Shown here: positions 1 through 11,048 of the stretch, piece after piece
Layout of the letters: each line of letters starts with the position of its first letter
Position numbering within the stretch: position 1 is the stretch's first letter
DNA from: Thermodesulfobacteriota bacterium
GTDB lineage: Bacteria > Desulfobacterota_D > UBA1144 > Nemesobacterales > JAJCZQ01
Assembly: GCA_965215275.1 (NCBI GenBank)
Contig: OZ244044.1
Coordinates: forward strand, 768,001 to 832,000
Reading direction: 5' to 3'
DNA: 64,000 nucleotides
The notes under the pieces: generated by a model
Told to the model about the DNA's origin: nothing
Database searches by the model: none
Seen by the model: the letters and a program-made list of their open reading frames with translations, nothing else
Program-made: the position numbers and the translations under genes

Positions 1-384
1 GTTAAATAATCTGTCCCACTCATCCGGAGACGGTTCAATCTTAATTCCCAGTTTTTGCTCCAATTGACCGTATATAGTTGTTCTTTCCGTCTCATATCCA
101 TCAAAAGTTCTGTTGATAACCATATCAAACATATACTTAATACAGTCTTCTTCGGTTATATCTCGAACTTCTGCTGAAATAACTTCGGTAATTTTCACAT
201 ATAGCCTTCTTCCCAAAGATTCAATGTGTTCCTTATCATAAACATTCTCAAAATAGTATTTCTCCCAATCTTCAAGAATTTTCGGACTGCATTTTCTAAT
301 TTCTTCCGAAACAGCACCAACGTTCCGTTTAAAATTCAATTGAAAACGGTTCATCACACTGTTTAAAATCCATTCTTTAGGCAA
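1..384 (-). CDS. MjaI-family type II restriction endonuclease (5' part; runs off the window start)
   Basis: Manual translation from TTG at 384: (M)PKEWILNSVMNRFQLNFKRNVGAVSEEIRKCSPK...INRTFDGYE...PDEWDRLFN, which resembles RE_MjaI family proteins; directly downstream of an MTase. Confidence 0.7.
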   Translation of the reverse strand, partial: MPKEWILNSVMNRFQLNFKRNVGAVSEEIRKCSPKILEDWEKYYFENVYDKEHIESLGRRLYVKITEVISAEVRDITEEDCIKYMFDMVINRTFDGYETERTTIYGQLEQKLGIKIEPSPDEWDRLFN

Positions 385-388
385 TTAT

Positions 389-1702
389 TCATACCCCTTT
401 TTTCATGTTTTCATAATTCAGGAATTTTTCATAATATTTATACTTAAATCTATCGTCCGTTGAAGCAAGTCCATTTTTTATCAGATGAGCGTTAATGAAA
501 GTTTTATTCTTCAAATACATATAACAAAGCAGTTTATCCTCGTCGTTGTACTTTACTTCATCAAACTTTAAAAATACTTTCTGACCGGTGGTTTTTTCTT
601 TAAGGAAATCTTTTGCGGTGGATATCTTCTCCTTAATTGGCTTAACTCCAATAAGTTTAACTTTCAAACCAGTGTTCATTATCATTTCGTTTGGGGAACA
701 AATTTCCCTGACCGAAAAATATTCTTTTTCAGTATTTGGATCATTATTGATCTTTGATCCGAATTGTAAATCTCTCGGATCAACCCTTTTATCAATTTTT
801 ACAGTATCTCTAAAAATATAAGGCAGTTTATCTATCTCATCTCTGTAATCTTTAATTTTCTTGCCTGCTTTAGTGGTTCTGACCATCGCCTTTTGAAAGA
901 CCTCCGGTTCGGATACGCCGAGCTTATTATTGATAACTGGAAGAAACTCATCGTTTATCTCATACCCGACCGAGTTTCTATTTAAATTGATCGCACTTAA
1001 ACACGTTGTTCCACTACCTAAAAAAGGGTCTAACACTGTATCGCCAACAAAAGAGAACATCTTTATTAATCGGTTGGGTAACTCCAGGGGAAACATCGCA
1101 AGATGCTTGTCCTGCTTCTCACCTGAAAAATTCCAATGCCCGCAGAAGTATTTATTCCACTCTTCTTTTGTCATTCTGGAACTTTCCCTGATCTCTTTTT
1201 TAACCTTTCTTGCTCGTCCCAGCTTCTTAAATAACAGGATAAATTCATAATCGATCTTTATAACCCCATTATTAGGATAGGGATAAGAACCCATTACAGT
1301 TGCTCCGCCGGTGGTATTGGACGTAATGACTTTCTGCCAGATAACAGCTCCCATATAATCAAAACCGATCGTCTCACAAAACTTAATTATTTCCGTTCTT
1401 ATCGGAATGACCTTATACCGCCCATAATAAACAGAACGGGCAAACTGGTCTCCTATATTTATACAAAGCCGACATCCGCTGTCTAAAACACGGTAGCATT
1501 CCTTCCAGACAAGGTTTAAATTATTGATGTAATCCTGATATGAATCGTCAAATCCTATTTGATCACCACTTCCATAATCTTTGAGTTGCCAATACGGTGG
1601 AGAAGTAATTACAAGATGAACCGATGAATCTTCAACGAGTTCCATGTTCCTCGAATCACCTATTATGATCTCATGGTTCGTTTTCATAAAATTAATTTCC
1701 AA
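389..1702 (-). CDS. Beta-class N4-C/N6-A DNA methyltransferase fused to a C-terminal thermonuclease (SNase)-like domain
   Basis: TSPPY catalytic motif precedes DPFLGSGTT SAM motif; C-terminal ~100 aa follows the SNase pattern (VKLIGV...AKDFLKE...LLCYMYL...FINAHLIKNGLA); likely start ATG 1687. Confidence 0.85.
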   Translation of the reverse strand: MEINFMKTNHEIIIGDSRNMELVEDSSVHLVITSPPYWQLKDYGSGDQIGFDDSYQDYINNLNLVWKECYRVLDSGCRLCINIGDQFARSVYYGRYKVIPIRTEIIKFCETIGFDYMGAVIWQKVITSNTTGGATVMGSYPYPNNGVIKIDYEFILLFKKLGRARKVKKEIRESSRMTKEEWNKYFCGHWNFSGEKQDKHLAMFPLELPNRLIKMFSFVGDTVLDPFLGSGTTCLSAINLNRNSVGYEINDEFLPVINNKLGVSEPEVFQKAMVRTTKAGKKIKDYRDEIDKLPYIFRDTVKIDKRVDPRDLQFGSKINNDPNTEKEYFSVREICSPNEMIMNTGLKVKLIGVKPIKEKISTAKDFLKEKTTGQKVFLKFDEVKYNDEDKLLCYMYLKNKTFINAHLIKNGLASTDDRFKYKYYEKFLNYENMKKGV

Positions 1703-1754
1703 GCAACAATCTATTTGGGTTTAAAAACTTAAACTCACCAATAATTGTCTTATC

Positions 1755-3635
<1,881 letters not shown>

Positions 3636-3686
3636 CTAATATACCCACATAATTATCTGACTATAAGTATACCGGTCTGGAATATC

Positions 3687-4106
3687 TTAAGCTTCTCTTG
3701 AGGTCATATAGCTGCGAATGGCCTCCCAGTATTTCCACCAATAGGAGTTTTCAGGATGATTTGCCTTTTGCTGCTCCGTCCAGATCATTGCCTGCTCCTT
3801 GTCCTGATAAAGAAGGAACTTCTCTGCCGCGTCCTTTATCTCATCCTGATCTATCTCGATCTTGTTAAGGTCCTCTGATATAGCCGTGCTTATCTCGTCC
3901 AGAGAACGGTGGATCTTATCACACGCCTCCACGATACTTTCCGATTGACCACTGGTATCCTGACCGATAAGGTCCGCGTTGCCTTTGATCAGATCGACAA
4001 AATCAAGCAGGTGATCAGATGATCTTTTTGCTTTTTTAACCTCTTCTATAATTCTTGTATAGTCTTTTGCTGTCGGTGGCATTTTTTCCTCCTTGTTCTT
4101 TATCAA
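3687..4106 (-). CDS. Hypothetical helical protein
   Basis: 139-aa ORF with host-like composition; probable start ATG 4082 after GGAGG. Confidence 0.6.
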   Translation of the reverse strand: MIKNKEEKMPPTAKDYTRIIEEVKKAKRSSDHLLDFVDLIKGNADLIGQDTSGQSESIVEACDKIHRSLDEISTAISEDLNKIEIDQDEIKDAAEKFLLYQDKEQAMIWTEQQKANHPENSYWWKYWEAIRSYMTSREA

Positions 4107-4120
4107 CTACTTTAACTTAA

Positions 4121-4270
4121 GGGACTTATATACTTTAGTACATAAGTACTAAACATACTGTTCTGCAAGCAGAGTCCCTCTTAATTCCCCGTTCTCTTTT
4201 GATAAAACATTTACAGCCTGCATCGGGAACTCAAGTCTGGCTGTCCCACCCGACATAGTGTCTTTTCACT
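4121..4270 (-). ncRNA. Putative TnpB omega/reRNA region (boundaries uncertain)
   Basis: Position overlapping the tnpB 3' end is expected for TnpB guides; potential pairing TCGGG/CCCGA and a perfect hairpin TTTAGTAC-TTAT-GTACTAAA (4133-4152); not checked with a covariance model. Confidence 0.4.
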
Positions 4271-5602
4271 ATTGCAAATGTTTATAGCTGCATTCGTGTC
4301 TGCATGGTCTTTATGACCGCAATACACACACTTAAATACTTCTCCTTTTCTGTTCCTTTTATCTCTGTATCCGCACTCAGAACAGGTCTGTGACGTCCAT
4401 TGAGCCGGGTTCCTGATCAGCTTGCCACCAGTGCTTTTAACCTTGTATTCAAGCTGATTTAATACCTTGCCCAATTGCTGTTCCCGTAAGGACCTGTTTA
4501 ATCCAGATTTCTGCTTTACTTTCTTACCCGGATCTCCCACGGTCCCCTTTGCCGATCTGCTCATATCCCTTAATCTCAGATCTTCTGATATAACAAAATT
4601 ATACGCTCTTGACAGTTCTGTAGTTAACCTGTGTATTTTGTTATGTTCCTTTATTGCTGTTCTTGCTCGTTCCTTCCCAAGCAGTTTTACCTTCTTCTTT
4701 CTCCCGTTGGAACCTTTTTCAGCTCTTGAAACTGCTCTTTGCTTTCTTTTGTCTTTCTTTCTGCTTACTTCAGTTCCCTTGTAAAACGACCCATCTGATA
4801 AAGCAATCCTGTTCCTTACTCCAAGGTCTATTCCTATCGCTCTGTCCAGTCCTCTGTCCTCTCCAGCTATTGTTTCGTAAATAAACTGGATCTCTACTCT
4901 TAAAGCTGTTCTTAATATCCTGATGTATTTTGTTCCTTCCGGTATGCTTCCTCTGAATGAGATCCTGCCTGCTCCCTTTACCGTTAAATATGTCCTTCTC
5001 TCTCCTTTCTTTACATTTCCCCATGTATATGTTTCAAAACTTCTTACCTTCCTGCTGCTGTTCTTATATCTAGGACTGCCTCTCAATCCTTTAAGATGTT
5101 CACTGTATGCCTTATCCACTCTCTTTAACGTCCTTTGCTGTCCCTGAACGCCTGCCTTGCTGAATTCTTTCAATAAAACATCATTCCTTATCTCAGTCAG
5201 TGACTTCGCCTGATCTTCGTAACTTACTGACTTCTTCTTTATCTCCTGTTTTGTTAACTCTCTCCAGTTAACTGGATCTTCGCAAGGTCTTATAGTACTT
5301 ACAAACCTGTTAACTGCTTCATAAACTGTATCCAGATATTTAACTCTGTTCTTCTTGTTGTAAGAAGTACCAAACTCCCATTGTGGGTAGAAATACATCT
5401 GTAATCTTTCTTCTGACAAACCCCACTTCTTCAGCTTCTTGTATTTTTTGTACGCTTCTTTCCTTTCTTCCAGAGCGCTGTTATACAGATAGGTAAGCTG
5501 GTCCAAAGTCCTTTCCAAACCCTTATGAGTTGAAGGGTGATTCAATCCAGCCACTCTGCGTTCCGTCCTCGTCTGCTTAATTATCCTGTTTTCTCTATAC
5601 AT
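4211..5602 (-). CDS. tnpB: RNA-guided endonuclease TnpB (IS200/IS605 OrfB family) with N-terminal insertion
   Basis: RuvC-I GIDLG, RuvC-II SEDL, Zn finger CSECG..CVYCG, RuvC-III HADTNAAINI. Confidence 0.92.
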   Translation of the reverse strand: MYRENRIIKQTRTERRVAGLNHPSTHKGLERTLDQLTYLYNSALEERKEAYKKYKKLKKWGLSEERLQMYFYPQWEFGTSYNKKNRVKYLDTVYEAVNRFVSTIRPCEDPVNWRELTKQEIKKKSVSYEDQAKSLTEIRNDVLLKEFSKAGVQGQQRTLKRVDKAYSEHLKGLRGSPRYKNSSRKVRSFETYTWGNVKKGERRTYLTVKGAGRISFRGSIPEGTKYIRILRTALRVEIQFIYETIAGEDRGLDRAIGIDLGVRNRIALSDGSFYKGTEVSRKKDKRKQRAVSRAEKGSNGRKKKVKLLGKERARTAIKEHNKIHRLTTELSRAYNFVISEDLRLRDMSRSAKGTVGDPGKKVKQKSGLNRSLREQQLGKVLNQLEYKVKSTGGKLIRNPAQWTSQTCSECGYRDKRNRKGEVFKCVYCGHKDHADTNAAINICNSEKTLCRVGQPDLSSRCRL

Positions 5603-5730
5603 TCCTCTGTAATTATACCACGATCACACTTAGCTATTAAGTCCTTTGTTGGGTACTTAAGTATATAAGTCCCCAATTTTTTATTATGTTTATCCAACTC
5701 GTGATTTGTTTAAAGAATAAAGGTTAAGAT

Positions 5731-5868
5731 ATGGGTAGGAAACAAAAGATAATTCCCCCATTAGATGCAACATTTGATGAAGCAATAAAAATAATGTTTG
5801 CTCCCCAAATAGAACTATCTAAAAAATATAGAACTCAAAGAAAATTAAAAGAAAATGAAAAAAGTTAA
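5731..5868 (+). CDS. 45-aa micro-ORF next to element end (MGRKQKIIPPLDATFDEAIKIMFAP...)
   Basis: Manual translation; similar peptides lie next to the other TIR ends in this window. Confidence 0.5.
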   Translation: MGRKQKIIPPLDATFDEAIKIMFAPQIELSKKYRTQRKLKENEKS

Positions 5869-5954
5869 GTAAATCAAAAGATTAAATTATCTTGGGTACT
5901 AAAGTATATAGTCCCCTTTTTTATTAAAGTATATAAGTCCGTCAATTAATGATC

Positions 5955-6749
5955 CTATAAAGGTCTGTAAACGACTATTCCGGGCTTGTCCTTCAGATAA
6001 ACCAGCAGTTCCTCGTCCAGGACCCTTCTGGTATCCTTCCTTGAGGAAGCGTTACGCAGATAAACCTTACCGCCCTTTCTGATCAATATCCCTGTGTGCG
6101 AAACGTCAAGTCCGTCCTCGTCCGAATATATCCCCACGTAATCACCCGTCTTTAACTTATCGGTAACCGATCTGCTCAGCCGGGCAGAAGGGATATATGT
6201 CACTTCCCTTATAAACACCGGTATACCGTTTAAATAATTAGTGCCGTCCTTCTTTGCATTAAGTAACTTGGTCACCGAAACGGCGGACCTGCCTCCAACG
6301 GCCCTGGTCACGTCCCTGATCCTGTCCGCATCAGAACTTGGCCAGTCGGAAAAGAAATGCTTTCTGGCAGCGTATGAGACCCTTCCTCCCTTGTACCTTA
6401 CTCTGATCAGGTTATCTCTGAACTCACCGTAATCAGAAGACAGTCTGAGGGCATCCACGTAGTCAAGATAGGTAAAGCAGTCAAGTCCAGCAAGGTTAAT
6501 GGTCAAGGTCTCTCTGCTCTTATAACTGCCGATCAGCGTCAGAGGCAGATACGGAACACCAATAAAATGACCTGATATGAAGTCGATCTTTTCGCCGCTC
6601 GTCTCGTATTTAAAAGACTGCTTTATCATCTTCGACAGCCTGCTCTCTGTAAATCCTCCAAGATCAACGTACTCGTCTGCGGCGGCGTCACATGAGGCCA
6701 CTTGCAGCAGAAAGGCAAAAAGTATGAGCGACAGCGGGCTACGTTTCAT
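5955..6749 (-). CDS. DUF1460 / NlpC-P60-like N-acetylmuramoyl-L-alanine amidase
   Basis: LDCFTYLDY and GLDVSHTG motifs; signal peptide from ATG 6749 (MKRSPLSLILF). Confidence 0.85.
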   Translation of the reverse strand: MKRSPLSLILFAFLLQVASCDAAADEYVDLGGFTESRLSKMIKQSFKYETSGEKIDFISGHFIGVPYLPLTLIGSYKSRETLTINLAGLDCFTYLDYVDALRLSSDYGEFRDNLIRVRYKGGRVSYAARKHFFSDWPSSDADRIRDVTRAVGGRSAVSVTKLLNAKKDGTNYLNGIPVFIREVTYIPSARLSRSVTDKLKTGDYVGIYSDEDGLDVSHTGILIRKGGKVYLRNASSRKDTRRVLDEELLVYLKDKPGIVVYRPL

Positions 6750-6822
6750 CAAAACTGTAATATAACTGACAGCTTGCGTAATTACTGCCCGTTTTCTCCC
6801 CGGCTGAAAACACCCACCGGCA

Positions 6823-7668
6823 TCAAAACCAGAAATAAAACCCATCGGCAAAGATGAACAGTATGGCACCAAGTGATAAAAAAGGGCCATAAGGAAGTGC
6901 GAACTGAAAATCACCTCTTTTCATCAGTATCACTATGATCCCGACGACCGAACCGATAAGAGAGCTTACAAACAGTGTAAATAACACGCCTTTAACTCCA
7001 AGAAAGGCGCCAAGCATTGCAAGCAGTTTTACGTCACCCATCCCCATACCGTCGGCCTTTCTTATCAGCTTATAGACGATGGCAATAAAAAAGAGCGACC
7101 CTCCACCGATCATAATGCCTAAAAAGGAATTTACCGCCGGGACCTGAACCGCCGAGTAAACAGCCCATGACAGGTCCATATATTCGGTACCAGCGATAAG
7201 TAAGCTCCAGTCGGTTATAAACAGGTTATACAGAAACCCGATCACTATTCCAGGCAGCGTGATCACGTCCGGGATGATCATATACTTCAGGTCCACGAAC
7301 GTTACGGCGATCAGAGAAAAAGCCAGAAGTATATAGACGGCAGTTACCACCGCGACCCCGAACTTATGAAAAATAAGGACGGTAAGCAACGCGGTCAGAA
7401 GTTCCACAACGGGGTACAGAACCGATATACCCGAGCGGCAGTAAGCACACCTTCCCTTTAACAGTACATAGCTGATTACGGGAATATTATGATAGAACAT
7501 CAGATACGAATCACATATTGTGCAGCGCGACCCTGGATAGACGATCGATTCCCCTCTGGGAAATCTGTAAATAAATACGTTTATAAAGCTCCCGAACATC
7601 AGGCCTGTGATGAAAATAAACGTATAAAACACGTACGGGTAGGTCGTTAAAGTATTTATTATATCCAA
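6823..7668 (-). CDS. pilD: Prepilin peptidase (A24 family)
   Basis: GSFINV..YR, CxxC pairs, GMGMGDVKL, PYGPFL. Confidence 0.93.
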   Translation of the reverse strand: MDIINTLTTYPYVFYTFIFITGLMFGSFINVFIYRFPRGESIVYPGSRCTICDSYLMFYHNIPVISYVLLKGRCAYCRSGISVLYPVVELLTALLTVLIFHKFGVAVVTAVYILLAFSLIAVTFVDLKYMIIPDVITLPGIVIGFLYNLFITDWSLLIAGTEYMDLSWAVYSAVQVPAVNSFLGIMIGGGSLFFIAIVYKLIRKADGMGMGDVKLLAMLGAFLGVKGVLFTLFVSSLIGSVVGIIVILMKRGDFQFALPYGPFLSLGAILFIFADGFYFWF

Positions 7669-7681
7669 AGTTTTTCCGGTC

Positions 7682-9799
7682 TCAGTTCTTAGCCCTTACG
7701 GTGCTCTTGAACTCTCTTATGGACTTGTTAAAGTGCTTATTTGCAATAGTTAAAACCCCTTTTCTGCCCGCCAGGTGATCTTTTATCGCCAGAATGGCAG
7801 AACGTTTACATATGAGTTCTATGTCCGCACCGCTTAGCCTTGAAAGTTTAGACGCTATTTTTTTCAGATCCACGTCTTTGTTCAGAGGCTTATCGCTCGT
7901 ATGTATCTTTAATATCTCGTAGATCTCGTCAGCACCTGGGTACGGCACCTCAAGGATCAGGTCGAACCTTCCGGCACGCAGTATTGCCGGGTCCACCATA
8001 TCTATCCTGTTGGTCGAGGCAAGAACGAAGACGTCAACTAATTCCTCAATACCATCGATCTCCGTCAGGAACTGACTTACCACCCTTTCTGATACCCTGT
8101 TGGAGTTTATACTTCTGTGCGGAGCTATCGCATCGATCTCATCAAAGAAGATTATGGAAGGCGATACCTGTCTGGCCTTTCTGAATACCTCTATCACGGC
8201 CTTTTCAGACTCCCCAACGTACTTGGAAAGTAGTTCGGCACCTTTTACCGAAATAAAGTTCACGTTGCTCTGGTTGGCAAGTGCCTTTGCAAGCAACGTC
8301 TTGCCGGTGCCCGGTGGACCTGAGAACAGGATCCCCTTTATAGGCTTGACCTTTGCGCTCTTGAACAGTTCCTTGTGCTTAAGAGGCAGGATCACGGACT
8401 CGGTGAGCTTCTCCTTTATCCCCTCCAGTCCTCCCACGTCGTCCCAGGTTATCTTCGGTATATCAATGAGTATCTCCCTGAGTGCGGAGGGACTTACTTT
8501 TTTCAAAGCCTCAAGAAAATCGTCCATTGTCACTGTGAAGGATTCAAGGTCCTTAAATTCGAACAGTTCATCGTAGAACTCCAGATCGGGCAGGACCCTT
8601 CTGATGGTTATCATAGCCGCTTCCTTACAGAGGCTTTCTATATCGGCTCCCACAAATCCCTGGGTCCTTTCTGATATCTCGTTGAAGTCAACATCAGAAC
8701 TGAGCGGTATCCCTCCTGAATGCACCTGCAGTATCTCGTACCTGGAGTTCCTGTCCGGAACGTCAAGATGTACCTCTCTGTCGAACCTGCCGGGTCTCCT
8801 TAATGCGGGGTCGACCGCGTCCGGAAGGTTGGTTGCACCGATCACCACCACGTTATCCCTTTCCTTCAGTCCGTCCATAAGGGTCAGGAGCTGCGAAACC
8901 ACTCTTTTTTCAACGTCTCCCGTCACCTTGTCCCTTCTGGGTGCGATCGCGTCAAGTTCATCAAGAAAGATTATGGAGGGCTGATGCCTTGAGGCATTAT
9001 CAAAAAGGTTCCTGATCTTTGCTTCACTTTCACCATAGTGCTTCTGCATGATCTCCGGACCGTTAACGACCTGAAAGTTCACGTTCGCCTCATTTGCCAC
9101 CGCTCTTGCCAGAACGGTCTTTCCACTGCCTGGCTGACCAGTTAAAAGCACTCCCCTTGGCGGGTCGATCCCCAGCCTGGAGAACAGCTTGGGGAACTTC
9201 AGCGGAAGTTCTATCATATCACGTATCTTTTTTATCTGATCCGACAGCCCTCCCAGGTCATCATAGCAGACGTTGCGGGTCTCCGATCTTCCCGTCGGTT
9301 TTTTGCGCACGTCGACCCTGGTGCGGCTGCTGACCACCACGCAGTGGGACGGCATGGTGTTTAAAACGTCAAAGTTCTCGTTCTTTGCTCCCGGGATCTT
9401 CACCGGGATAGTATCACCCGCCGACAGAGGCAGACCTTCAAGGCAGCTTGATATAAACCTTAACTTTTCAGGATTGAACAGAAGATCGTTGTTGTGTGGA
9501 CACAGGATGACCCTGCTCGCGCTTTTTGAATTGGCTTTCTTCACCATCACGAACTCGTCCACGTTCGCCCTGGCGTTCTCCCTGGTGTGCAGGTCTATCT
9601 CTATTACCGATTCCGTTTCGTATTTATCATAATCGCCCGGATCAAGGGGCATGACCCTGACGAAGGTCTTTCTTCTCCCGCCGACCTCTATCGTGTCCCA
9701 GGAGGTTATACCAAGGTCCATCATGCTGCGCTCGCTCATACGAGCGTAGCCTTTTCCTGAATCACTGGGGCTTATTTCTGAAATCCTTAATGATATCAT
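7682..9799 (-). CDS. CDC48/VCP-family double AAA+ ATPase
   Basis: N-domain plus two AAA modules (GQPGSGKT, GPPGTGKT; RRPGRFDRE, LRAGRFD). Confidence 0.93.
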   Translation of the reverse strand: MISLRISEISPSDSGKGYARMSERSMMDLGITSWDTIEVGGRRKTFVRVMPLDPGDYDKYETESVIEIDLHTRENARANVDEFVMVKKANSKSASRVILCPHNNDLLFNPEKLRFISSCLEGLPLSAGDTIPVKIPGAKNENFDVLNTMPSHCVVVSSRTRVDVRKKPTGRSETRNVCYDDLGGLSDQIKKIRDMIELPLKFPKLFSRLGIDPPRGVLLTGQPGSGKTVLARAVANEANVNFQVVNGPEIMQKHYGESEAKIRNLFDNASRHQPSIIFLDELDAIAPRRDKVTGDVEKRVVSQLLTLMDGLKERDNVVVIGATNLPDAVDPALRRPGRFDREVHLDVPDRNSRYEILQVHSGGIPLSSDVDFNEISERTQGFVGADIESLCKEAAMITIRRVLPDLEFYDELFEFKDLESFTVTMDDFLEALKKVSPSALREILIDIPKITWDDVGGLEGIKEKLTESVILPLKHKELFKSAKVKPIKGILFSGPPGTGKTLLAKALANQSNVNFISVKGAELLSKYVGESEKAVIEVFRKARQVSPSIIFFDEIDAIAPHRSINSNRVSERVVSQFLTEIDGIEELVDVFVLASTNRIDMVDPAILRAGRFDLILEVPYPGADEIYEILKIHTSDKPLNKDVDLKKIASKLSRLSGADIELICKRSAILAIKDHLAGRKGVLTIANKHFNKSIREFKSTVRAKN

Positions 9800-9913
9800 C
9801 GCTCTTTACTGAATTTTTACAGACAGTTATTTTCAGGTCAAGAAGTATATATTGAAGTCGAAAAACTTTTTCTCTATAATTGTTATAATTATCCCGGTTT
9901 TACACTGACCCGC

Positions 9914-11005
9914 GTGAGATTAACTTCTTTAAATCTGAGGAATTTCAGGACTTATGAAAAGCTCAATGTATCTTTTCATGACAAGTTCAACCTCATCTAC
10001 GGGGACAACGCCCAGGGAAAGACCAACCTTCTCGAAGCCATCTACCACATCTGTTCCGCCAGACCTTTCAAGGCGGTAAAGAACGAGGAACTGATAAAAT
10101 TCGGACAGGAAGACTCCAGTATAAAGGGAGAGATAATCTCTGACCGCGGACTTGATGAGATCAATATCTATATAAGTAAGGAGAAAAAGACCTTAAAACT
10201 GAACGGCAAGATAGTCCGCAGGCTCAGCAGCAATCTGGGAAAATTCAGCATCGTGCTTTTTTTACCAAAGGACCTGGAGATCATTAAAGGTTCACCAAGC
10301 GTAAGAAGACGTTACCTTGACGCCCTTATATGCAACCTGAACCCAGACTATCTGCGGGACTTCAAGGACTACCAGAAAAACATCAATCACAGGAACAAGA
10401 TCCTTTCCGGAGCAAACCGCTTCAGTAATGCAGTGCTTGAAGTATGGGACTCCAAAGTCGCGGAAATAGGTTCAAAACTTACCAAGAAAAGGGAAGAAAC
10501 AATAACGAAGATCGCAGATAAGGTCAGTGAGCTTTACAACTCCACCTCCGGCGTTAATGCAAAGATCGAGGTCACGTACAGAACGTCCTACCAAAAAGAC
10601 GCAGACATACATGGTTCGCTCCTGAGGGCGTTAAAGGGAAACCTGGACAGGGACAGAGAAAAGGGACACACCACGGTCGGACCTCACAGGGACTATATAA
10701 GTTTTATGATAAACGGTAAGGACACGACAAAGTACGCTTCTCAGGGAGAATCCAAGAACTTCGTGCTTGCACTGAAGGCCACTGAAATATACATGTATAA
10801 CTTAATAAAAGGACAAAATCCCATTTTACTGCTTGACGACATTACAAGCGAACTCGACAGGAACCGAAGAGGTTTCCTGTTCAAACTCCTGCAGGACTAC
10901 GACGGTCAGGTGTTCGTCACCTCCACGGGTATTGAGGAAATTCCCTACGCAGGTGATAAAAAAATACTTAACGTAGTAAAAGGCACGGCAAGAGCAATTA
11001 ACTGA
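9914..11005 (+). CDS. recF: DNA replication/repair protein RecF
   Basis: GDNAQGKTNLLEA, GPHRD, SQGE, LLLDD. Confidence 0.95.
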   Translation: MRLTSLNLRNFRTYEKLNVSFHDKFNLIYGDNAQGKTNLLEAIYHICSARPFKAVKNEELIKFGQEDSSIKGEIISDRGLDEINIYISKEKKTLKLNGKIVRRLSSNLGKFSIVLFLPKDLEIIKGSPSVRRRYLDALICNLNPDYLRDFKDYQKNINHRNKILSGANRFSNAVLEVWDSKVAEIGSKLTKKREETITKIADKVSELYNSTSGVNAKIEVTYRTSYQKDADIHGSLLRALKGNLDRDREKGHTTVGPHRDYISFMINGKDTTKYASQGESKNFVLALKATEIYMYNLIKGQNPILLLDDITSELDRNRRGFLFKLLQDYDGQVFVTSTGIEEIPYAGDKKILNVVKGTARAIN

Positions 11006-11048
11006 TCTTCAGTTATAATAGCTGTAATATCAACATTCGGAGACCTAA

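Larger units (their letters stand above)
4121..5941. mobile_element. Non-autonomous IS1595-like TIR-bounded element carrying tnpB
   Basis: GGGACTTATATACTTTAGTAC at 4121 is inverted to ends at 5651-5674, 5891-5916 and 5926-5940; flanks TAACTTAA / TCAATTAA (6/8 match, possible decayed 8-bp TSD); no transposase inside. Confidence 0.65.

Noticed and set aside
5640..5945. CRISPR-like array beside tnpB (Cas12-like locus)
   Set aside because: The three repeats are irregularly spaced and inverted relative to the 4121 copy; they fit stacked transposon ends better
6750..6914. N-terminal extension of the DUF1460 ORF
   Set aside because: Overlaps pilD; the signal peptide begins at ATG 6749
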